Shown: positions 1-10,000 of the stretch, one piece after another | Layout of the letters: each line of letters opens with the position of its first letter | Numbering within the stretch: the stretch's first letter is position 1 | Source of the DNA: Kipferlia bialata | Lineage: Eukaryota | Direction: 5' to 3' | Length of the DNA: 35,466 nt | NCBI GenBank assembly: GCA_003568945.1 | Contig: BDIP01000034.1 | Coordinates: 4,808 to 40,273, forward strand | Made by a program: the position numbers and the translations under genes | Notes under the pieces: generated by a model | Database searches by the model: none | What the model was told of the DNA's origin: nothing | Seen by the model: only the letters and a program-made list of their open reading frames with translations

Positions 1-11
1 GGAGAGGGGGG

Positions 12-46
<35 letters not shown>

Positions 47-129
47 GTGGCAGACTACTGAATATTGGTTTGGTTACACTGATACATACATACAGCTGAT
101 TGACGTACCACTCTCGATCACGCCCTCAG

Positions 130-416
130 AGTGCCTACTGAAGAGAGAGCAGTGGATAACCCTCTGAGACAAGTCAGCCAACTGATGGTCAACCAAGTGT
201 GGGCTGGTCAAATGCCCCTTGGCTGCCACTCTGGCGGTAATAATGTATACACACCGTCAATACCTAGTGATATTAAGAACCACTGTATGCTGAAGGGATA
301 TGCCGTCATACTCAGGTTGGAGAGAGGCCTATTGTCTGGTTGCTAGGCCACACTCATTGACACTGTGTCAATATGCAACGACCGGACGTTTGACCGTTCT
401 GAAAAGGGTGCTGTGA
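130..416 (+). CDS. Possible last two exons (130-236, 316-416) of an upstream hypothetical gene
   Basis: CCCTCAG acceptor at 129, open frame to G|GTAATA, then ATACTCAG acceptor in matching phase 1 and a TGA at 414-416. No recognisable domain. Confidence 0.3.
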
Positions 417-484
417 GACAAAAAGATTGGTGTCCTGATTCAGCTTCTCTCCTTCTTACCCTTCTCTCCTCACATATCAATAGG

Positions 485-1393
485 ATGAGCATCACTGTCA
501 TTGGATCTGACTGGTGCCCTGACTGCCGTCGCACCAACGCTCTGCTCAACAGGCTGGGGGTCCCCTTTACATACGACAATGAGGTACGAGTTCTTAACAT
601 GTATTGGCATCACTGTATGTATATCTGTTATGCTGACATAGTACTCAGTGTTGCAGCAGAGTAAGTGTTTGTAATATGGAGGAATTTGAGAATCACACCT
701 AGGTTAATCTTGGTGGTATCATTGCTAGGATAGTGGATCTGATACAGTTCAATACTATAAAGATAGAGTGGGGGCGGGGGATTCAGTTGCTTCCATGCTA
801 TTTCTGTTTATCACGCCTCGCACACACACTGTCTGTGACATATATTTTACTCTTCTAGATATATTCTTGTACCTACCTTGTATATAGATAGATTGATTCT
901 AATGCCTAGGGCGACACCAAGTCCAAGGCCAGGGCTGTCTGTGTCACATATATTATACTAGTCTACTAGCTATATATATATATATACATATTTGTATTTA
1001 TTATATTCTAACTATCAGGGCGACACCAAGACCAAGGCCAGGGCAGTGTGTGACATATACATTTCCCATATGTATGTATATACTCTGTATTTACTACATG
1101 TACTACTTATACAATTATACTTACAATCAGGGCGACACCAAGGCCAAGGCCAGGGCTGTCTGTGGCAAGAACAGGATCCCCTGTGTGTGTCTGCCAGATG
1201 GGTCATTCATCACAGGTTACTATATATACTAAATAATATTATATCACTTCATCACATGTCACTTATAGGATGGATATTAAGTAGTATGTAATCGATAGTA
1301 TTAGCTACACTAAGATAACATGGCAACCTCATCACAGAGCCATCAGACAGAGAGCTGGAGGCCAAGCTGAGGGCACTCAAGTTGGTTAAGTAG
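485..1393 (+). CDS. Glutaredoxin/NrdH/mycoredoxin-like redoxin, 79 aa; exons 485-583, 1131-1215, 1338-1393
   Basis: Spliced product MSITVIGSDWCPDCRRTNALLNRLGVPFTYDNE|GDTKAKARAVCGKNRIPCVCLPDGSFIT|EPSDRELEAKLRALKLVK*. It has the WCPDC active site, the RIP cis-Pro motif and a PDGS...EPS tail. Both introns are GT-AG with consistent phases. Confidence 0.88.
910..1052 (+). repeat. Two intronic echoes of the glutaredoxin exon 2 start (910-943, 1019-1052)
   Basis: AG|GGCGACACCAAG(T/A)CCAAGGCCAGGGC.GT.TGTG repeated ahead of the real exon at 1131, separated by TA-rich DNA. Confidence 0.95.
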
Positions 1394-1432
1394 ATCAAAC
1401 TTGCTGAGGGATAGATTGGCTATATACTTTAG

Positions 1433-1526
1433 GTGTCTCCCAGATGGGTCATTCATCACTGAGCCCAGTGATAGGGAGCTGGAGGCCAAGCTGAGGACAC
1501 TCAACCTGGTTAAGTAGATCAAACTA
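1433..1526 (+). pseudogene. Intron-less duplicate of the glutaredoxin 3' end (remnant or alternative terminal exon)
   Basis: Encodes CLPDGSFITEPSDRELEAKLRTLNLVK* (stop 1515-1517) straight across the exon 2/3 junction. It is preceded by TTTAG and followed by the same ATCAAACT as the main copy. Confidence 0.75.
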
Positions 1527-1958
1527 CCTATTCAGTTTTCCGAAGAATAGATTGGATATACCATGAGTGTCTGCCAGTGCTATGTAGGGGGAACTAACAA
1601 TTCGCGTAAGATCATGTACTGAACCCTGTTGAAACACTGTGTCACACAAATGCTCACTTTTCTCAGCAGTTCTCTCTGGACTCCTCTTAGACTTCCCCCT
1701 CGCAAACATACTGAGAATGTCCGTGGACAGGTGTGTGTTCGCTCTCTTTGTTGATGTGCAAGGCCACTTCTTCACTGGTGTGCAATATATTGAGTGTTGC
1801 TTAAAGTGTATACTTTCATCATGTACACTCCCCCCCCCCCCCCCCTCCCTCTTTTTTTTTTTTTTTTTTTCTGTCTAGGTTTTTTGATATCTCTCCCCCC
1901 CCCCCCCCCCCCCTCCCCCATCTCAATCAAACAATTCATACCCCCTCTGACAATGTAG

Positions 1959-4900
1959 CTAGATCTCGGCAACATGCACATAGGGATGGAGGGAGCAGAG
2001 GCCCTGGTCTCAGTTCTACCCCTGATGCAGGGCGTCGCTAGGGTGAGTCCCCCCCTCCCTTCCTCTCCATATTCAACTCTCTAACTCTTATTGACATGCA
2101 TTCATAGTCTATCTTGCCCTCTGCCATTCTTATTAGATCTCTCAGATACACACTGTATTTCTGATTCCCAGCTTGACCTGAGCAAGAACGACCTCGACGC
2201 TGCATGTATATCCCACCTGGCTGAGGGTCTAGGCCAGATGACATCGCTGAGGGAGGTGGGTATGGGATTGAGTGACACATTTGTGGTATCGCCCTAGATA
2301 CCTTTCGTATATATGCATCATGACCCCAGCTGGACCTCAACTGCAACCCCCTCAAGGGTGCAGGACACACTACTCTGGCCGAGAGTGTTCTACCAAACAT
2401 GCCACAGCTGAGGAAGGTACATGCAATGGGTACTCTATGTATTCACCTGTCATTGCCAATACTTGTTTGTGTCTTGATATACTTGTTCATGACACCAATT
2501 CCAGCTTGTCTTCTGGCACACTGGGATGGACTGCACTGGTGCCCTGGCTCTTGCTGGAGCCCTTCCCTCTCTCAAGAAACTCTTGACGGTGAGGCAGAAA
2601 GAGATATGTATTCTACCAGTGTATCATCTGTCTCTGAGGCCTGTCTCACTTCCAGCTGGACCTGGATAACAACTTCATCAAGGGTGCTAGTGCTGCTGCC
2701 CTTTGTGAGGCCCTGACGTCATTCAGTTTTGCCGGGCAGGTACGGTCCACCGGTTAACTGTATTTCTCTCATATCCGTCACTGTTTTAGTATCATAGTGT
2801 ATGCATCACTGACACTCAGCTGTGTTTGCAGAATAACTCGATAGGGGATGAGGGTGCAGTGGCACTGGCCAAGAGGCTGGTGGGGGACAGACCAGAGATC
2901 ACTGAGGTATGTTTGTACCAAGCAGAGACATACCTGTATCTGACGCCACTGTGTGTATAGATGGGTATTGACCAACTCAAATGGTTGATATGATACATAA
3001 CACACTATACAAGAAACATGACAGTGTCTATAACGATCAGATTGCCCTAGCCTCCAACAAGATTGGACCTGTTGGCATGTCTGCCCTGGCTGGTGTCCTG
3101 CCTACCCTGACCAACCTGGTGTCGGTAAGGGGCACATATGTTCATGTGGATATAGAGTGTCCAGTATATGCAGTATTCTCTGGTCCCTCATGCTCAGGTA
3201 GACCTGGGTTCCAACAGTATTGGCCCAGAGGGAGCAGCTGCTCTGATAGAAGTCCTTCCATCCTTGACCAAGCTCAGAAGGGTGAGTCACACCGCTCAGA
3301 ACGCTATTGAGATAGTATCACATGCGAAATTCTGTGTTACAGATGTGATACTCCCGTTATACTATACACGTCCAATAACCATTCACCTTCCATAACCCCC
3401 AGATTGACCTCTCCTCCAATGACATTGGACCAGACGGTGTGACGTCCCTGTGTCGAGCCGTATCCTCTCTCCCCAGGCTCAGGGAGGTGAGTAGACGCCT
3501 ATTGGTCGGTGTCTTCAGTTGTTAACGTGAGATGTTCATTCACCGACCATGCGTATCGTGGTAGTTCCTGGCCAATGGAGATCGGGGGTCATTTACTGAT
3601 ATATATATATCTTCTTACCCTCAGCTCGACCTCCACTCCAACGGCATGGACGATGAGGGGGCAACACGTCTGGCCAAGGGTCTTCCCAAGATGAAGGCTC
3701 TGAGAGAGGTTGGACACTGTTGTATCTGTGGATATACGGTCATACGGTATCCACATATATTAGAATAGTGTCACTGCCACCCGCTCCCTCATCCCCCAGA
3801 TATACCTATTCTCCAGCCGTATCAGTGACGAGGGGGCAGTGGCCATTGCGAATGCTCTAGAGAAGACACCCACACTGAGAGTGGTACGTACAGACGTGTT
3901 AATATGCCTAGGTGCTCTCCCATTGCTGCTGTGATTAATGTTATTGAAAGATCAATGTGACGTCTTGGCATGGCTATCTGATACTAGCTGGAGTTGAATA
4001 GCAACAGGATGATGGACACAGGTGCCGCAGCTCTTGCCCAGGCCCTACCGGGGTCAGGGCTGATTCAGGTGAGTGGCTCACATACAATTCAAGAGGATCG
4101 ATGCATTATGAATTTGTAGCGTTTACCTGTATCTACTTACCTATACATCTGACGACAGTTGAGTCTGAGTGCCAACTCCATTGGCGAGTCTGGGCTGGCA
4201 GAACTAGAGGCAGCGGCACTCCAGATGCCAAACCTGAATGTGCGGCTTCTACTTATGATATGTATACAAATATACCATCTACAATGCTATTGTATACAAT
4301 CTGTTGGTAGCCCTATACAACCCTACAAAGTCGGAGTATCATTCGTCATGCAGTTCACATGCTTAGGTGATGACTAACCCCAGCTAGAGGTCGGTGAGAA
4401 CCCAGGGAACGCACCTCCAGAGGTTGAGGAAGAGTCAAGTGACGACGGGATCCCCTTCTCACAGAGTGTGTTCCTGAATGCAAGTGCTTATTCACCAAGA
4501 AAGAGCGTGGTAGTGAGAGAGACTGAACCTGTGGCAGAGAGAGACCCAGACCTCCTGGACATAGCCGACTTGGAGGCAGATGCCCCTCAGATGCCGGAGA
4601 TGACGGTGGGTGGAGGGTGTATAGTGTCGACACAAAGATTATGGTTATGTACTTGTCTTATCCCAGCTTGACCTGGATGAGAAGGCAGAGGATACTGTCC
4701 AAGCTGATGAAACACAGACTGGTACTGAGACTCCAGATACAGAGGTACCCCTTCCCGCAGAGGGTGAGGTAGTGGAAGAGGGTGAGGCCTCGCCTGCAGA
4801 GAGTGAAGTAGTAGATGAGTGTGTGGACTCTCCAACTGAGGCTGAGTCACTTGCAGATGCCGAGGCTGAGGCGCTGAGAGAGAGTGAGAGAGATCGGGTA

Positions 4901-6133
4901 CGTACCATGCTCATGGACTCACTAGGAGTACTCTCCCACCCTCTGGAGGGTGTGTCTAGCGACATGCCTCTGATGGACCTTGCCACCTTGTGGGGTGTAG
5001 CAGCAGGGGCAGCCCCACCCCCTCTCAGCCAGGTGTCTGTAGCATCAGTTGAAGAGTCTCTAGCGACAACTCAGTCCCTCCTAGTTAGGGTCAAGGAGTG
5101 TGCCCCAGGTGTTCAGTCCCACATGGACTATCTGACCAAGGCAGCGGAGCTTGTGGGTGCTCAGATGACAGAGCTCTGTGCATTCATTACGCAACACCCG
5201 GAGGATAAGGTATGTCATTCATTTGGGTTGAGCATACTGTGACTATATCAATATATCATATATCAAAGATGTAGTGGCAGTCGCCAATACCTCACCCCAG
5301 CTTGAGACCTGGGACTGTGCCTCCCTCCACTCTGACCTAGAACCACTATGCATGGCTATGGATAGCTGCTGCACAGAAGTGGCATCTCTAGATGGTAGCC
5401 AGGAGGCCAGTGTACTGGCGCTGCAGGAGGCTGTTGCAGTGCGTAATGCCCTGGATGATATCAACCCCATCCCCCTGCCTCAGGATACCAACGCCCTGAC
5501 CCTGGAGGAGAAGGCGCTCTACTGTAAGGTACACTCTTTGCATGACTACAGATTCAATTGTCTACCTATTATGCACGTGAAGCCATCCCTCAGCCTCCAT
5601 CCCCAACCCCTCTAACGCAGGCTGAGGCCCACAACCTATCTGTCAGAGAAGTGTTTGAGGCTGCCGCTCCACTGATAGAGGTGGGAGACAGCATCAACCA
5701 TCTGCTAGGAGAGTCCATCCCCTCCCTATCAGAGTGCAGAGATGTCCTGACCACTGGGCAGTCTCTCCTTCTCTCACTCAGCACACTGGCACCCAGACAG
5801 GTAGAGGCAAGGCGGCTGCTACTGGAGCTGGAGGCCCTGCCCGCTGTCGCTGTAGATGGGGGTGAGGCCAAGGTGGCTGAGCATGAGAAGGTGTCTGTGG
5901 CTATGTTGGGTCTCGATGACCCCTCTCTCTCTGCACAGGAGATGGCCAGTCAGATACAGGCCATACCTGACACAGAGACACCCACACCCACAGACAAGAG
6001 TGGGGAGACAGAGCGTGCTCGCATCACCCAGGAGCTCCAGGGGTACCTCAACTTCCCAGAGGTGGCAGAGGCCCTTGGGGTACCCGTGGTGCCACGGAGT
6101 GGGGAGGAGGCGGATGAAGTTGGAAACGAGTAA
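1959..6133 (+). CDS. Ribonuclease-inhibitor-like LRR protein with acidic linker and helical C-terminal region; start codon unresolved
   Basis: LRR exons at 1959-2042, 2172-2255, 2330-2416, 2505-2588, 2656-2739, 2820-2906, 3041-3124, 3198-3281, 3403-3486, 3625-3708, 3800-3883, 3988-4068 and 4159-4239, of pattern LxLxxNxIGxxGAxALAxxL. Then 4384-4605, 4667-5209, 5301-5528 and 5621-6133. All introns are phase 0 GT-AG. Confidence 0.9.
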
Positions 6134-7085
6134 TCGCTGGAAATGATGGGATATTGACGAGTCAATAGATTGTACTATAAATACCCAAGTTCTAAATAAG
6201 AACAACAGTTGTCCGCTGTTCAATTAGAACTTCCAATTTGTGAGCAGAGTCTTGAGTATCATAATCCTATTGACCTTGATACTAATATTTGTCCGACTCT
6301 AAAACAAAGAATCTCAGACCCATGAGTTGTGGATGGGTCAGCGGCCACTGCAGTGTTGCTCACTATTACTGACCGATACCAATTCCTGAATGCTTCCGGT
6401 ACCGCTTAGAACCTATTCTCAATATACAGTATGAACGACTTGAAAACTGCATAAATATGTCACATGACGTATCTAACCTTCACTCATTAAGATCAACTCA
6501 GATTCCTACATACTCTTCTTAGATCATATCCTCAGTCACTCTCATATTCTTGACGTAAGACTGGGATGCCATTACTATCGGTGTCGGCTACAATTGAATA
6601 TGGGTTTCGCCGAGGAGATTACCCCACGTCTCAGCATAGACCAATAGACGGGCGTCAACAAGCAAGAGAGCGTGGCTGTCACATGGGCATTTGTGGCCGA
6701 TAATGGGTCACAACTAATATGAAGGTGAAATGCTTAATTGTGTGATGGTCAGCTCCGAAGCATATCTATAGCAAATTGAGAAATTGCTGTTACACGCTTG
6801 ACATAACCCGATAATCACCATCAGAGAGATCCGGGGTCATAAATCTTAGCAAAATTGCATAGTACACATGCTGAAACAGAAGCCACATTGACTGAAGAAG
6901 TACCAAATTCGGCTTGTGGTCTCTTCCAAAACTTGTTATTGTACTGGTTGGCAATAGGGCAGAGAATGTAGGTAGCAGTAAGAGGTCGCCAACAAAACAC
7001 ATACTGTCTATTATCTATTCTTCTAGCAGTTAGCATTGTAACGTAGGGACGATTTGCAAACATACATTCAATACACGAGAGGTCT

Positions 7086-10000
7086 TCACCGATAATGATT
7101 GCCAAGACCCTTCTGCCACCATCAGTTTGGAGACAGGACAAGCCTACACGCCCAGCTAACATGTACCTGACCCACGCTTATCTCTACACGACCCTCATGG
7201 CCTCGTATACAGGTACACTGATACTGAAGCTCATGGTGCTCACCCGGGGGTCCACGGAGAGTAATGGTTGACCCCCTCCTAGTGACTGTCACTGTACCAG
7301 CTGAGTGATGGAGAAGACACTTGCAGGGGGAGTAAGTGCTGAGATACACGCTGTCACTTGCCGTGAGAGTCCATGACCTGGACTCCTCTGGAACAGGAGG
7401 CACAATGAGAACAAGACGAGCAGAAACACCCCAGTCAGTGTCATCCCGTTTCATAGCACGTGGCTGGGCGACAGTGTCGGTTACACCCGGAGCCACTTCG
7501 AACCTAGCCACGCCCCTTGTCACAGCCTGTGCACCACCGAGTAGGAGTGTCGCAGATGGATGATCCTCCCGCTCTCTGTTTCTCTCCTCAGCAATGGGAT
7601 AGTGGACCATTGCTATGTGCCTAGCACTGGGACTAGACCTCTGTTCGTAGGTGAGTATGGAGTCACGGCTAAAGGGGCACATGTGGGAGTTCTGTTCCCA
7701 GTGCACCTTGGGGGTGTACACCCACTCATCACTACAGGGACGGTACTCCATCATGATACAATGCAGATCCTTGGCCAGCACCCTACCCCCAGTAAGCGCA
7801 CAAGAGTCAACACCATATTCATGCACTGCCAGACCCTCTCTCCACTCAGCCTTCTTTGGGTCGTATGCTAGGTGGACCTGGGGATAGGATCCAACTGGGT
7901 CCGACTCCCTTTCGTGTACATTGACTGCAGCCTTGTGTGCCACGGCATGTCCCTCCCCCTCAGTCACAAACACTGATGTCACACGTAGTAGGGGGTCACA
8001 GGGGAGCCTACTCCACTGAGGCTCACCAAATGGGGGTGTTGGAAGGTATCTGAGTTAGAACGACAAGGTCTGTGTAGAAATACCACACAAAACGATAGAA
8101 CTCACAGTCACAATCCCACCTGTGGAACTCAGTGTGCCACTCGACGTCTTCTGCGTCCCACCCAGCAATATCCCTCAGATCAACCACACCCTGTCCATTC
8201 TTCACTATGGGTACCGATAGCAAGACATACATGGCCCCGCCTAGTGCAAAGGCCCTTACGGTGACTGCCCAGAATGGAGCGTAGTTCCTCCTCCCATCAT
8301 ACCCTGTGAATCTCATGTCCCTCCTTGGGAACCCATCTGCCCTCCCCATCTCCCTCCATCCATGTGTGTCTAAGGACATAGAGTACATCCTGAATACACT
8401 GGAGGATGCCTCTACAGCTGCACCGTGAGAGTGTGTCCTGGTCCCCATAGTCTTGTTGTTACTCCTACGTGACCCATAGTCTGGGACCAGTCCAAACACA
8501 TACAGAGCCCCGTCTATCACACAAGACCCCCTGGGGCCTTCTGTCTCCAACTCGATAGGGCACTGGATCCTATCTATGAGCAGGCCCCGGTCACTGTCGT
8601 GGGTGACCATGTAGCACCCGTCCATGCATATGTCCATGTGCCTGGGCTGCTTGCCCTTGTACTTCCACCCTAACGCCTTCTCTGTCTCTAGATGTACCAT
8701 GTCGAACAAACAGGGGTAGGCCCCCTTCTGCTTGTATCTACCAGTACTAGGCTGTCTTACAAAGGTAGGAGGGGTCACGAGGGCAGGGGCAGGAGTGGGG
8801 GGACTAGTAGGGGGTGGGGTCTGTTGGGCCTTGGGGTGGTGGCACTGACGCCAGCTGCGGTGTTAGTGATGCAAAAGCGTAGGACTAAGAGATGACGATA
8901 GCAACTACGAGAAACTCCGTACAGATACAGAAGCATTGGGTTGGATATTCGTGACGCCTACCTCAGACTCTTTAGTGACACACGCTCCCCATCATAGCAA
9001 AGTGGCAGGGTGCACAGGAACCTACCAACAAGGGACTCCACTGGGGGTAAATATGAAACACTGTTTATACCACTACAACACAGACCATCGCTATTCTACT
9101 ATATATAACGTACCGTCGTCCTTGTTGACTCTCCAACTACGTCCACATGATCTAGCCAGTACTGTAACTAGGGTGTATTCGGATGCATACACCCTGACCC
9201 CTCCCCTCTTATCTAACCACAGGGACAGGGGGAGGTCTAGCTCAGGGGTAACTGAGAGGGCATCGACCGAGAAACACTGACGCATGTGGGCCTCAAACTC
9301 ACTATCGCTCAGTGACTCAGCCCACTCCTTCAGATAGGTACAGGCTAGGGGCATATTTTCATCACAGTAGGCGGACCAAACCTTGCCCAGAGCACTCCCT
9401 TCTACGTGCATGATGAGGCTACCCAAGGCATCAGTTGCAGCCTCATTATCTGGATCATAGGTGTCCATGACCTGACGTGTTAGATGGGTATAAGGCAAGT
9501 TGACATGAAAACACACTTCAGTCTTGCTATCAGTACATAGTACACACCTGCAAGAACAGCTCTTTCGACATGGAAGCCAGGCCCACGTTGGACAGACTCT
9601 TCACCCTGCGTCCATCTGATAGGTACACATCGTCCCTCAATAGGGCCTCCCGGTGGCATAGGGGACACGGTGGGACATACTCCCCAGAGAGAGCAGGGTT
9701 GATGGTCATATCTGTGTTCAGCAACGGTATATAGGATCTGGAGGTATACAATGCAATTCGATGGCAGATGTTTCCCCACCTGGCATTGTGGGGTGCTGCA
9801 GTATCCTCTCCCTGAGAAGGTCCTGGGGGATGAGCTCCTTCATCTCTTGTTCAAACAGAGATAGCTGCCTGGGGCCTGTGCTGGGTAGGGATGCCCACAG
9901 AGAGCAACACGTCGGGGAAAGAGAGTTGGCAGTAACCGCGTGGTGGGAGGTGCTGATGGTTAGAGGGGCAATGAGAGACTACACTGGAAGACACTCTCAT

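Noticed and set aside
1829..1920. Poly-C/poly-T tracts (also poly-G at 1-46 and the gap flanks) as G-quadruplex or regulatory elements
   Set aside because: They look like low-quality sequence. They also obscure how the candidate ATG at 1717 joins the LRR exons.
6134..7085. ncRNA or degenerate gene between the convergent LRR and kinase genes
   Set aside because: No tRNA/snoRNA structure or coding signal that I could support by eye.
7122..8778. The 286-aa and 251-aa ORFs as separate genes
   Set aside because: Both lack an ATG start and are joined in phase by a 70-nt intron (8119-8050) as exons of the larger gene.
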